From the NCBI GenBank assembly GCA_902553945.1, contig CACDMT010000004.1, positions 1 to 62,595 of the forward strand: a DNA stretch of 62,595 nucleotides, in the 5' to 3' direction. Position 1 is the stretch's first letter, and each line of letters opens with the position of its first letter. The position numbers and the translations under genes were made by a program. Under the pieces are notes generated by a model. It was not told where the DNA came from. It ran no database searches and saw only the letters and a program-made list of their open reading frames with translations. The DNA comes from an uncultured Alphaproteobacteria bacterium. GTDB lineage: Bacteria; Pseudomonadota; Alphaproteobacteria; HIMB59; GCA-002718135. Below are positions 27,882 to 37,866 of the stretch, piece after piece.

Positions 27882-28825
27882 TATTTAATTTCGATTGCTC
27901 TTTGTTTTGGTTGATAATCAACAAGTTTTTTAGGAAAGTTTTTAGCACGCATTTTTATATTACATTTTTTTTCAATTAGTTTCACAATACTTGTGCTAAA
28001 AGACCTATTACCAAATTTAGTTATTCCTTCTATAAATTTTTTATTTACGATTTTGCCTAAATCAATTGGTATATTATATTTTTTACCCAATTTATTAAAT
28101 AAAGATATATCTTTATTTGCTAAATCCATCGTAAAACCTACATCATAGCTACCACTTAATATAACTTTTGTTTCTGTTTCATTAACAAAACTATTACCTG
28201 AGCTAATTTTTATAGCTTTATAAGTTAAACCTAGATCTACTCCATTTTTTTTAGCAACTGCCAGTGACTCACCAATTCCAATTAAATTTAAAGATGCTAA
28301 GTAATTTGTAATAACTTTTAAAATAGATGCATTACCAATTTTACCACAATATAGAATTTGATGTCCTATTTTTGATAATATAGGAAATGCTCTTTTAAAA
28401 TTTTTCTTTTGTCCTGAACACAATATAGATATGTTTCCAGAAAAAGCTCTATGTTCACCTCCTGTGATTGGAGACTCTAGAACATTACCTCCATTTTTTT
28501 TGAAAATTTTTGAAAGTCTTAACATTTCATCTTTATCAGTAGTGCTCATTTCAATCCATAAATGAGTATTGTTTATATTTGTTGATAAAGATTTGATAAC
28601 ATTATTAACTGCTTTAGGTGATGGAAGACAAGTAATTATTATACTACAATTATTTGCTATTTCTTTTAAATTATTACAATTATAAGTATTTTTATTTTTA
28701 AATTTTAAATATTTTTTTTTGTTCTTATCGAAAATAAATAATTTTTTTTTATTATTTAATAAATTTTTAGCAAGTTTTTCTCCAACATTTCCTAATCCTA
28801 TAAAACCAATTGTTTCATTTCTCAT
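27881..28825 (-). CDS. NAD(P)-dependent beta-hydroxyacid dehydrogenase (3-hydroxyisobutyrate DH family)
   Basis: GFIGLGNVG, EMSTT, PITGG, catalytic K in LKVITN. Confidence 0.87.
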   Translation of the reverse strand: MRNETIGFIGLGNVGEKLAKNLLNNKKKLFIFDKNKKKYLKFKNKNTYNCNNLKEIANNCSIIITCLPSPKAVNNVIKSLSTNINNTHLWIEMSTTDKDEMLRLSKIFKKNGGNVLESPITGGEHRAFSGNISILCSGQKKNFKRAFPILSKIGHQILYCGKIGNASILKVITNYLASLNLIGIGESLAVAKKNGVDLGLTYKAIKISSGNSFVNETETKVILSGSYDVGFTMDLANKDISLFNKLGKKYNIPIDLGKIVNKKFIEGITKFGNRSFSTSIVKLIEKKCNIKMRAKNFPKKLVDYQPKQRAIEIK

Positions 28826-29574
28826 AAATTAATTTGTAACCCGTCATAGCCAGGAAAAACATTTTTTGGACACATATTTTTTAATTTTACTTCATCTAAT
28901 AATGCTGTCATGTGAGTAAAAACAGTTTTTTTAGGCTTTAAATATTCAATATATTCCATAATTTGTGAAAAACCTGCATGAGAAGGATGTTCATTTTCCC
29001 TTAATAATCCTACAACCCATAAATCTAAATTTTTAAGATTATCAATATCAGAATTATAAAATTTTTTTAAATCTGTTGAATATGCAAATTTATTAATTTT
29101 ATATGTTTGAACATCTATTGAACCATGGTTATGTTTAAAACTTTTAATATTTATATCATGAAAGTTAAATGATTTTTCCAACTCTTTAATTTCCATAAAT
29201 GGTAAGTAATCTTTTTCACCTTTAAATATATATTTATAACATTGTTCCATCTCAGGTATCATATCAATTGGCATATACGCAGGAATTATCTTATTATTAA
29301 TTAGAGACATTGCTCTCATATCTGGTAAGCCTGATGTATGATCTGAATGAACATGAGTATATAAAACTGCATCTATATTAGTACATCTTGCATCATAAAG
29401 TTGTTTTCTTAAATCAGGGCTAGTATCAATTAGAATATTTTTATTATTAATTTCAATTAAAACAGAAGATCTAGTTCTAAAATTTCTTTTATTATTTATA
29501 TCTATGTTTCCGTGTCTTTGCCAAGCCAATGGTGATCCAAAAGAGCCTCCACAACCAAGGATAGTAATTTTCAT
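28822..29574 (-). CDS. MBL-fold metallohydrolase (PhnP-like)
   Basis: LGCGGS, THVHSDH, HG, D, H; typical position after tatD. Confidence 0.9.
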   Translation of the reverse strand: MKITILGCGGSFGSPLAWQRHGNIDINNKRNFRTRSSVLIEINNKNILIDTSPDLRKQLYDARCTNIDAVLYTHVHSDHTSGLPDMRAMSLINNKIIPAYMPIDMIPEMEQCYKYIFKGEKDYLPFMEIKELEKSFNFHDINIKSFKHNHGSIDVQTYKINKFAYSTDLKKFYNSDIDNLKNLDLWVVGLLRENEHPSHAGFSQIMEYIEYLKPKKTVFTHMTALLDEVKLKNMCPKNVFPGYDGLQINL

Positions 29575-30356
29575 AATAAAAGATTATCTCTTTTTGTTTT
29601 ATTAAACAATTTAAAAAAATTATTATCAGTTATTTTTTCGAATACATCTATATCTAAATTATAAAATTTGGATAAAAATTCAGCTGTATATTTAATAAAT
29701 GCAGGTTCATTTTTCTTTCCTCTCATGGGAACTGGTGAAAGGAAAGGACTATCAGTTTCTATTAATATTAAATTTAATGGAAATTTCTTAATATCGTTTC
29801 TTAAATCGTCAGCATTTTTAAATGTTACTATTCCTGACAAAGATATATAAAAATTATTTTTTATACAAAAATCAAGTAAATTTTTAGATCCAGCAAAACA
29901 ATGGAAAACAACTTTTAAGTTATAATTTAAATAGTTTTTTAATATAGAAATGATTTCATTTTCAGAATTTCTTTGATGGATTATCAATGGTAATTTGTGT
30001 TTTATTGATGCCTCTATATGCAATTCAAAACATTTAATTTGCTCTTTAATAAATTCTTTTGAATGAAACAAGTCTAAACCTGTCTCACCTATACCTACGA
30101 CTAAGGGATTATTACAATTGTTATCAAAATTTAAAATAGATAATTCATTAAATTTTTTTACTTCACATGGATGTAAGCCATATGAAATATATATACCTTT
30201 ATATTTTTTAATTAAATTTAAATGTTCGTTAAAATTATTAGGGTTTGTATTAATGGATAGAATAGATCTAATATTATTTTTTTTAGAATTATTAATAATT
30301 TTATCAAAATTATTTTTAATAGAGTCAACATTTAGATGACAATGAGAATCAATCAT
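29571..30356 (-). CDS. tatD: TatD family hydrolase
   Basis: DSHCHL, GLHP, IGETGLD, HCF, ETDSP. Confidence 0.93.
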   Translation of the reverse strand: MIDSHCHLNVDSIKNNFDKIINNSKKNNIRSILSINTNPNNFNEHLNLIKKYKGIYISYGLHPCEVKKFNELSILNFDNNCNNPLVVGIGETGLDLFHSKEFIKEQIKCFELHIEASIKHKLPLIIHQRNSENEIISILKNYLNYNLKVVFHCFAGSKNLLDFCIKNNFYISLSGIVTFKNADDLRNDIKKFPLNLILIETDSPFLSPVPMRGKKNEPAFIKYTAEFLSKFYNLDIDVFEKITDNNFFKLFNKTKRDNLLL

Positions 30357-31870
30357 TAAAGAATTCTTGGAAAAATAGGTGATGGTGAATCAATAATAAT
30401 ATTTTTAGAAATTAGTAAATCAAATTTGTTAAAATTAATATTATTAATATCCATATTAAACATTGATAAAATTTTTTTAGTACTTTTTGGTATTATGGGA
30501 AAAAGCATTATTGATGATTTAATTATAATATTTACAACAACAAATAAAACAACCTGCATTCTTTCTTTATCTGTTTTTTTTAAAGACCATGGAGCTTGTT
30601 CATCAACATATACATTAGTTAATGATAATAATTCCATTACAGATTTAATAGATTTATCAATTTGTTGGTTATTCATATAATTTTTATAATCATTAAATTT
30701 TTTATCTAGATTTTTTATTAATTCTTTATCATCATTATTAAGATTGTTTGTTGGATTAATGGAAGAGTTACAATTTTTTACTATAAATGTTGAAATTCTT
30801 TGAACTAAATTTCCAAAATTATTTGATAAATCAGCATTTACTCGATTAGCAATTGATTTTTTTGAAAAATCACCATCATTACCAAATGGCACTTCTCTAA
30901 ATAAAAAATATCTAAATTGATCAAGTCCAAATTCATTTATTATTTCATAGGGATCTATAACATTACCTATAGACTTAGATATTTTTTGACCTTCATTAGT
31001 CCACCATCCATGAGCATAAATCTTTTTAGGTGGATCAATGTCTGCTGCCATTAAAAAAGCTGGCCAGAAAACTGCATGAAATCTTAAAATATCTTTACCA
31101 ACAATATGAATTGCGGGCCAAAATTTTATAAATTTATCATTATTTATATCAGGGTAACCAATTGAAGTAAGGTAGTTACATAAAGCATCTATCCAAACAT
31201 ACATAACGTGTTTATTATTATTTGGAACTTTAACACCCCATTCAAATGTTGTTCTTGATATAGAAAGATCTTTTAATCCACCTTTTATAAAACTTAATAC
31301 TTCATTATATCTAGTTTTTGGAGAAATTGCGTCTGGATTATTTTCATAAAATTGTATTAATTTATCCTCCCATTTAGATAATTTAAAAAAATAACTTTCT
31401 TCTTTAACCCATTCAACACTTGATCCACTTTTAGTTTTAAATTTTCCATCTACTTTGGTTAATTCATTTTCAAGATAAAAAGCTTCGTCCCTAATTGAAT
31501 ACCAACCTTCATAATTAGACAAATATATTTGATCATTTTCAAGTAATTTATTCCATAAAAATTGTGCTGCTTTAATATGCCTAGGTTCAGTGGTTCTAAT
31601 AAAATCATCAATTTCACAATCTAGATCTAAAACTAATTTTTTAAAATTAATTGATAATTTATCTACAAATTCTTTAGGATTTACATTTGCATCTTTGGCA
31701 GATTTTTCAACTTTTTGACCATGTTCATCAGTACCAGTTAAAAAATAAACTTCTTTACCTAACAATTTATTATATCTTGCAAGAATATCACATGCAATTG
31801 TAGTATAAGCATGACCAATATGAGGAACATCATTAGTATAATAAATTGGCGTAGTTATATAAAAACTCAT
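30356..31870 (-). CDS. metG: Methionine--tRNA ligase (short, zinc-less form)
   Basis: HIGH, TGTDEHGQK, YVWIDAL, GKDILRFH, KISKS. Confidence 0.97.
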   Translation of the reverse strand: MSFYITTPIYYTNDVPHIGHAYTTIACDILARYNKLLGKEVYFLTGTDEHGQKVEKSAKDANVNPKEFVDKLSINFKKLVLDLDCEIDDFIRTTEPRHIKAAQFLWNKLLENDQIYLSNYEGWYSIRDEAFYLENELTKVDGKFKTKSGSSVEWVKEESYFFKLSKWEDKLIQFYENNPDAISPKTRYNEVLSFIKGGLKDLSISRTTFEWGVKVPNNNKHVMYVWIDALCNYLTSIGYPDINNDKFIKFWPAIHIVGKDILRFHAVFWPAFLMAADIDPPKKIYAHGWWTNEGQKISKSIGNVIDPYEIINEFGLDQFRYFLFREVPFGNDGDFSKKSIANRVNADLSNNFGNLVQRISTFIVKNCNSSINPTNNLNNDDKELIKNLDKKFNDYKNYMNNQQIDKSIKSVMELLSLTNVYVDEQAPWSLKKTDKERMQVVLFVVVNIIIKSSIMLFPIIPKSTKKILSMFNMDINNINFNKFDLLISKNIIIDSPSPIFPRIL

Positions 31871-31872
31871 AA

Positions 31873-32856
31873 TTAAATATTCAAAAATTGTAACATAAAC
31901 ATTTTTTTATCAAGATTAAAAGTTATTAATTCTTTTTCACTATTAGATAAAAAATCTAATTTATCATTAATTTTTTTAATTGAGAATTTATTTGCAATAG
32001 AGTTTAAGATTTCATAATTTTTTTTAGTCAAAAAAGATGATTTGAAATTATAAAATTTAATTTTACTTGTTAAAATTAAAATAGATTTTAATATTGATAG
32101 ATAACTTTTAAATTTTTCATTATTAAAATTAGATAGTGAATTAGCCAAATCTATAGTAGATTGATTAAAAGTACTATTATTTTGCAAAATATTTAAAGTT
32201 TCATTAAATAATTCTACTACATCCTCCTCTAGTAATAAAATAGCCTGTCCCGGAGATCCTTTTGTAAGATTATATAAAAAATCTATGTGATCTATATCAA
32301 TTTTAGTATGATTTTTTGTAATTATTTTAGAAAAATTTTCGAGATTGTGATGTATAAATCTCATATTTAAACATCTTGATCTAATTGTTGGTAATAAAGA
32401 AGAAATTTGATGAGAGATAAGAAATAAATAAGTATTAGATTTAGGTTCTTCTAAAGTTTTTAAAAAACTATTAGATGAATTTATATTAAAATCATCAGCG
32501 CTATCTACAATTATTATTTTAAATAAGTTTTTTGATAATGAAGTTTCGTTTAAAAAATTTTTCAAATTTCTTACTTGTTCTATAGAAATGTTACTTTTTA
32601 ATTTTTTTGTTTTACTATCGAATTCTTTTGATAGAATTTTTATATTTGGATGAGATAAATTATTTAATAAATTAAGATGATGATTTAAATTATTTTTATC
32701 TTTTATTGTAAAAAAATTATAAATTAAATCATTTATAAAAGTTCTCTTACCAATTCCTTTTGGACCATTAAAAATAATTGAATTATGCAGAGTTGAAGAA
32801 TTAAATTTATCAATTAACAATGACATTTGACTTTTAAATCCAATACAATTTTGCAT
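31873..32856 (-). CDS. holB: DNA polymerase III delta' subunit
   Basis: GPKGIGK, NSFLKTLEEP, LLPTIRSRC; tmk-holB-metG synteny. Confidence 0.9.
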   Translation of the reverse strand: MQNCIGFKSQMSLLIDKFNSSTLHNSIIFNGPKGIGKRTFINDLIYNFFTIKDKNNLNHHLNLLNNLSHPNIKILSKEFDSKTKKLKSNISIEQVRNLKNFLNETSLSKNLFKIIIVDSADDFNINSSNSFLKTLEEPKSNTYLFLISHQISSLLPTIRSRCLNMRFIHHNLENFSKIITKNHTKIDIDHIDFLYNLTKGSPGQAILLLEEDVVELFNETLNILQNNSTFNQSTIDLANSLSNFNNEKFKSYLSILKSILILTSKIKFYNFKSSFLTKKNYEILNSIANKFSIKKINDKLDFLSNSEKELITFNLDKKMFMLQFLNI

Positions 32857-33468
32857 TTATAAATCCAATTTATTTATTATGAATTGATGAATTTCATTTT
32901 TAGATAAAGAAGCATTTATATTAATAAATCTTTTAGAATTTGAAATTTTTTTATAACCCTTAATTACAGAATTATGAAAATTTATATCTAATTTATCATA
33001 TTTATTTTTATTTTTTCTTTTTTTTAATCTTGAAATTATTTCTTTTGGTTTGATATTGAAAACAAAAGTATAATTTGGAGTAAAATTATTTAATAGAAGT
33101 GAATGTAATTTTTTTACTTTTGATATACCAAATTTATTTACATAACCTTGATAGACAAAAGTAGAATCTGCAAACCTATCTGAAATAACAATTTTACCCT
33201 TTTTTAAATTAGGTAGAATAACATTGTTTATATGATTAGATCTTGCTGTCATTAAAAGTAATATTTCTTCTATGTTGTTTATTTGTGATTTATTATCTAA
33301 GATTAATTTTCTTAGTTTTTCGGCAAGTTCAGTACCACCTGGTTCTCTAGTTATAAAAAATTTGATTTTATTTTTAATAAAATAATTTTTTAACAATAAT
33401 ATTTGAGAAGATTTTCCACTAGCTTCAGGTCCCTCAAATGAAATAAATAGACCTTTATTATTTTTCAT
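32857..33468 (-). CDS. tmk: Thymidylate kinase
   Basis: FEGPEASGKS, TREPGGT, DRF..ST..YQG. Confidence 0.96.
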   Translation of the reverse strand: MKNNKGLFISFEGPEASGKSSQILLLKNYFIKNKIKFFITREPGGTELAEKLRKLILDNKSQINNIEEILLLMTARSNHINNVILPNLKKGKIVISDRFADSTFVYQGYVNKFGISKVKKLHSLLLNNFTPNYTFVFNIKPKEIISRLKKRKNKNKYDKLDINFHNSVIKGYKKISNSKRFININASLSKNEIHQFIINKLDL

Positions 33469-34588
33469 TTAAACTATTTCCGAATAAGAGATATTTAGCT
33501 GCTGCTATTATCTTATAAAAAGGGTTAACTTTTGAAATATTTTTTTCAGCAACTAGCGGAAGATTTATTGTTGGCTTGCCATCAATCATAATTTTTATAT
33601 TACCATATTGCTTACCTTTAATTACTGGCGCAGCTATTGGTTTTGTATATTCGATAGTACTATTCATCAGTTGTATTTGATCAAAAGATAATGTTGATAT
33701 TATTTTTTCTGGACTTACTAAATTTATTTTTGCATCTACACCTAACCAAACATCAACTTCTTTTACTATTTGATTTTTTTCAATTAATGTTTTTTGAGAT
33801 GTTTGATTAAATGCCCAATTTATTAAATTTGATGATTCATTTAATCTTGAACGTGAACTATTAGTACCGTTTATAACAACAGTTATTCTACGATTATTTC
33901 TTTTAGCAGTTGCAGCTATTCCCCAACCAGATTTTTTTGTAAAACCAGTTTTAAGTCCATCTGTTCCATCTACTTGTTTTAATAGTTTATTTCTGTTTGG
34001 TTGACTAATGTCATTATATGTAAAGTCATTTAATGCAAAATAAGTATATAAATTAGGAAAATTTTTAATTAATGCATTTGACAAAATAGCTATATCATAA
34101 ACACTTGAGTAATGATTTTCATGAGGCCAGCCAGAAGAATTAGTAAAATTTGTGTTATTCATATCAAGACGCTTAGCATAAACATTCATTAATTTAGCAA
34201 AATCATCTTCAGTTCCTGCTAAACACTCTGCTAGAGCGATTGAAGCGTCATTACCTGATTGAACGATAATTCCTTTTAATAAGTCATCAACAGTTACCTG
34301 ATCGTCAATTTCTAAAAATGTTCTAGATCCGCCCATTTTATAAGCTTTAGCAGAAATTCTACATTTATTATTAATTGAAAAATCTGAGTTTTTAATTCGG
34401 TCAAAAGCGACATAAACTGTCATAATTTTTGTCATTGAAGCTGGTATAACTTTATCTTTGTAATTTTTGTCAAACAATACTTCGTTAGTATCAAAATCCA
34501 TTACTACTGCTTGTTCAGCTTTGGTATCAATAGATTGAGCTTTGAAAGAAATAAAAATAAAAATGATAGGGAAAATAATTTTATACAT
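33458..34588 (-). CDS. dacA: D-alanyl-D-alanine carboxypeptidase
   Basis: SMTK, SGN and KTG motifs. Confidence 0.93.
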   Translation of the reverse strand: MYKIIFPIIFIFISFKAQSIDTKAEQAVVMDFDTNEVLFDKNYKDKVIPASMTKIMTVYVAFDRIKNSDFSINNKCRISAKAYKMGGSRTFLEIDDQVTVDDLLKGIIVQSGNDASIALAECLAGTEDDFAKLMNVYAKRLDMNNTNFTNSSGWPHENHYSSVYDIAILSNALIKNFPNLYTYFALNDFTYNDISQPNRNKLLKQVDGTDGLKTGFTKKSGWGIAATAKRNNRRITVVINGTNSSRSRLNESSNLINWAFNQTSQKTLIEKNQIVKEVDVWLGVDAKINLVSPEKIISTLSFDQIQLMNSTIEYTKPIAAPVIKGKQYGNIKIMIDGKPTINLPLVAEKNISKVNPFYKIIAAAKYLLFGNSLNEK

Positions 34589-34624
34589 TATGTTATTTAT
34601 TAATTAATTGTGACCTTTATTTGA

Positions 34625-35548
34625 CTAATTTAATATAATTTTTGTCTCCTTATACCCTTTTGATATAAAGTATGAAACCAAATTATTAATTTCTTTTTTA
34701 TCTAATGGCCCTAAAGTTAGGTCAAAAAATGAACCATTTTTTTCAGTGGTATACTCTACATTAATATTTAAATTTTCAATTATAGTTTGTATTTCTGAAT
34801 AACTATTAAAATTTAAAACTTTTAAAAATAATTTAAAATCCTGAATTTCTTCAGATGATATTTCAATTGGATCAGAAATATTTGAATTATTATTATTTAT
34901 ATTATCTGGACTACTATCCAAATTTGAAATAGATACAACATCAGTTGGTGCCGAAGAAACAGTTTGATCAAATTCAGGTTCATTTAAGCTCAATGATACA
35001 TTTTTCCATTGTTTACTTGCATCCGATAAAATATCAACTCTAACAGTAGCAATTTTATCCTTATAAAAACCAAGAAGTTGAGCAACTTTTCTAGAAACTT
35101 GTATTAGTGATGCATTATCGTTATGTCTATCAATAATCTTTATGTTTATAGATAAGCCATTATCTAAATTTGTAATTTTTACCATACTTGGTATTGGTAA
35201 AGTCTTATGCCTTCCTAATAGTTCAGTGACTTTATTAAAATCATTATTTACTGTTTTAATATTGTGTAATTCTTTTCCATAAAATGTAGAAATACCAATT
35301 TCTGAATATGCATAATTTTCTTCAGGAAAATATTCTACACCCTCGATAAAATAAGGGTCCCCAATATAATAAAAAATTGTATCATTTTTTTTATTATCTA
35401 ATAAATTTTCATTATTATCTTTTTTTTCAATAATTTTTTCTATTTTTTTTATTCCATCATTAACATTTAATGAAATTTTTTTATTTTGAATTTCTTTACA
35501 TGAATATGTAAAAAAAATTATAAAAATACTAATTAGTAATCTTATCAC
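34625..35548 (-). CDS. rlpA: RlpA-family lipoprotein (degenerate double-psi barrel plus SPOR-like C-terminus)
   Basis: Lipobox YSC, G.PY...G..Y.P, HKTLPIPS.V.ITNL.NG; mltB-rlpA-dacA synteny. Confidence 0.8.
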   Translation of the reverse strand: MIRLLISIFIIFFTYSCKEIQNKKISLNVNDGIKKIEKIIEKKDNNENLLDNKKNDTIFYYIGDPYFIEGVEYFPEENYAYSEIGISTFYGKELHNIKTVNNDFNKVTELLGRHKTLPIPSMVKITNLDNGLSINIKIIDRHNDNASLIQVSRKVAQLLGFYKDKIATVRVDILSDASKQWKNVSLSLNEPEFDQTVSSAPTDVVSISNLDSSPDNINNNNSNISDPIEISSEEIQDFKLFLKVLNFNSYSEIQTIIENLNINVEYTTEKNGSFFDLTLGPLDKKEINNLVSYFISKGYKETKIILN

Positions 35549-36563
35549 TTAATAATCCTATGGAAACTGCATAATATGCTGAGCAATTATAATATAATAT
35601 ATTTTTATAGTTTTGATAAACTATAAACATTCTACCTTTTAATCCATCAGGCATAATTAATCTCGCTTCAATATCATTTCTAGAAGGTAATGAGTCTCCA
35701 TTAATTTTTTTAAATCCTAAATCACTCCACTCTGATAATGACATTGCTTTAGATCTCCTTTTTACAGCTCCACAACCTTTTGGATTTATTTGTTCTAATG
35801 TTTCATAAAAAGCAGCAATATTATTAGGTGGTAAAACTTCTCTACCCCAGGTAGTATCAAAGTGCCATGGATTTTTATTTATTGAAGTTAGGTAATTAGC
35901 AGTGCTAGCAAATGCATCTGCATAACTGTTCCATATATCAATTCCTCCACCATCCCAATCATAAGCACTTTCAAGAAATGTAGTTGGTATCATTTGAGTC
36001 ATTCCAACAGCACCTCCCCAACTTCCTTTCAATTGTCCGCTTGGAACTAAATCTTTATCAAGAATTTCTAAGGCTGCAAATAATTGTTTTTTATAAAAAT
36101 CACTTCTTCTTCTATCAAAAGCAAGAGTGGTAATAGCAATTATAGAATTTATTTTACCTTGATTCCTTCCATAATAACTTTCCATACCTAAGACAGCTAC
36201 AATAAATCTGGGTTGAATTTGAAAGTAATCTCCAATTTCTTTTAATAAGACTTCATGTTTCTTTAAAAAATTTTTTCCAACAAATATTTTATCTTTTGTA
36301 ATAGTATAAAATAAATATTCATCTAAAGTCATTGTAGATGCTGCTTGACATCTATCTCGCATAATAATTTTACTTTGTGGGAGCACATTATTTAAATGTT
36401 GTGAAATAGTATTTTGACTTATACCTTTTTGTAAAGCCTCTTTTTTGATATTGGTAAGCCAAATATTCCATTCATCGTCAGTTGGCATTTTTGGTTTTTC
36501 ACAATCTGTTGCATAAACATAAAAAGATATAAATACAAAAAATATTACAAATCTAACAATCAT
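35529..36563 (-). CDS. Lytic murein transglycosylase (MltB family)
   Basis: GMESYYG (catalytic E), GSWGGAVG..Q..PT, DWDGGG.DIW, STANYL, YN.S..YA. Confidence 0.9.
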   Translation of the reverse strand: MIVRFVIFFVFISFYVYATDCEKPKMPTDDEWNIWLTNIKKEALQKGISQNTISQHLNNVLPQSKIIMRDRCQAASTMTLDEYLFYTITKDKIFVGKNFLKKHEVLLKEIGDYFQIQPRFIVAVLGMESYYGRNQGKINSIIAITTLAFDRRRSDFYKKQLFAALEILDKDLVPSGQLKGSWGGAVGMTQMIPTTFLESAYDWDGGGIDIWNSYADAFASTANYLTSINKNPWHFDTTWGREVLPPNNIAAFYETLEQINPKGCGAVKRRSKAMSLSEWSDLGFKKINGDSLPSRNDIEARLIMPDGLKGRMFIVYQNYKNILYYNCSAYYAVSIGLLSDKITN

Positions 36564-36656
36564 TTTATAAAGTTACCAAAACTATCGTTAATTAGAAATA
36601 ATATATTTCTTAATATTTTGACATTTTTACGATGAAACTATAGTAAGTCTTTTATT

Positions 36657-36746
36657 GGAGAGATGGCTGAGCGGTTGAAAGCACCGGTCTTGAAAACCGG
36701 CAAGGTGGCAACACCTTCCAGAGTTCGAATCTCTGTCTCTCCGCCA
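36657..36746 (+). tRNA. tRNA-Ser (anticodon TGA)
   Basis: GGAGAGATGGCTGAGCGG...CCGGT-CTTGAAA-ACCGG, long variable arm, GTTCGAATC, CCA end; 90 nt. Confidence 0.97.
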
Positions 36747-36768
36747 TAAATTTGAAAAATCTATAATT

Positions 36769-37866
36769 CTATTTCCTCTCAAATAACCATAACTTATCTT
36801 GAGCTAGTAAGTAAATTTTACCATTTTTTGGGTGTATTTTAATATCTCTAATTCTCCCAATGTCCCTCTTAAAAATTACTTTTTCAATAACATTATCTAA
36901 GTCTGAAAAATCCAATGATATTAGTGATTGAGATTTTAAAGAAGTAATCAAAGCAAGACCATTAAATTCAGGAAACTCATTACCTTTATAGATACTAATA
37001 GCACTTGTAGCAATTGATGGCACCCAATAATGAATAGCTTTTGTATAGCCAGGTAACCATTTAGGACCAATCTTTGAAAGGTTATAATTTTTACCGCCCC
37101 ATCCTAATATTTTCCATCCGTAATTTTCACTTTTTTTAACTTCACCAAACCAATCACCTCCCCTTGCACCATGATTGCTAATGTAAACCTTATCATCAAA
37201 TGGGGAAATTGCCATTCCTTGAGGATTTCTGACCCCTATTTGATATATTTCAGGTAACCATTCTGGTTTGTTAATAAATTTTGGATTATCTTTTGGAATA
37301 GAGCCATCTAAATTTATTCTAATTATACTTCCAGGATGTTTATCTGCTTCTTGAGCAATCATTCCCTTACCACGTTCACCAATTGAAGCATATAAATGAT
37401 TATCTTTAATAACTATTCTGGATCCAAAGTGATAAGGAGATCTGATTGGTGGATCTGCTCTAAATATATTTTTGAAATTTAAATTTTTTCTATTAAATTT
37501 TGCTTTTGCTATTGAAGTACTAGTTGGTCCATATAGTTTTGACTCACCTCTATTTTCTGAATAACTTATATAAATTTCATCATTATGATACAAAATCTCT
37601 AGTAACCCGCCTTGCGAATTATTATCTTCTAAAAAGTTTAAGTTATGATTTATTTCATTTATATTACTATTAGTAAGATTAAATAATTTTATTTTACCAG
37701 TTTTTTCACTTATTAAAATTTCATTTTTATTCACAAATGAAATGCTCCAAGGAGAGCTTAAGTTTGATTTTAAAATTTTGAGTTTATATTGGCTATCTAA
37801 AGACAAAACGTTTTTACCTAAAAATAAGATAATAAAAAAATTAAATATTAAAAAAACTTTAATCAT
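36769..37866 (-). CDS. PQQ-dependent sugar dehydrogenase (glucose/sorbosone DH family)
   Basis: PW, QGGLL, HFGSR, GERG, GVRNPQG, HGARGGD, NYGW, GRIRD. Confidence 0.9.
   Translation of the reverse strand: MIKVFLIFNFFIILFLGKNVLSLDSQYKLKILKSNLSSPWSISFVNKNEILISEKTGKIKLFNLTNSNINEINHNLNFLEDNNSQGGLLEILYHNDEIYISYSENRGESKLYGPTSTSIAKAKFNRKNLNFKNIFRADPPIRSPYHFGSRIVIKDNHLYASIGERGKGMIAQEADKHPGSIIRINLDGSIPKDNPKFINKPEWLPEIYQIGVRNPQGMAISPFDDKVYISNHGARGGDWFGEVKKSENYGWKILGWGGKNYNLSKIGPKWLPGYTKAIHYWVPSIATSAISIYKGNEFPEFNGLALITSLKSQSLISLDFSDLDNVIEKVIFKRDIGRIRDIKIHPKNGKIYLLAQDKLWLFERK

Noticed and set aside
36618-36644. TTGACA...TATAGT promoter for tRNA-Ser
   Set aside because: The spacer is only 15 nt; plausible but not supportable.
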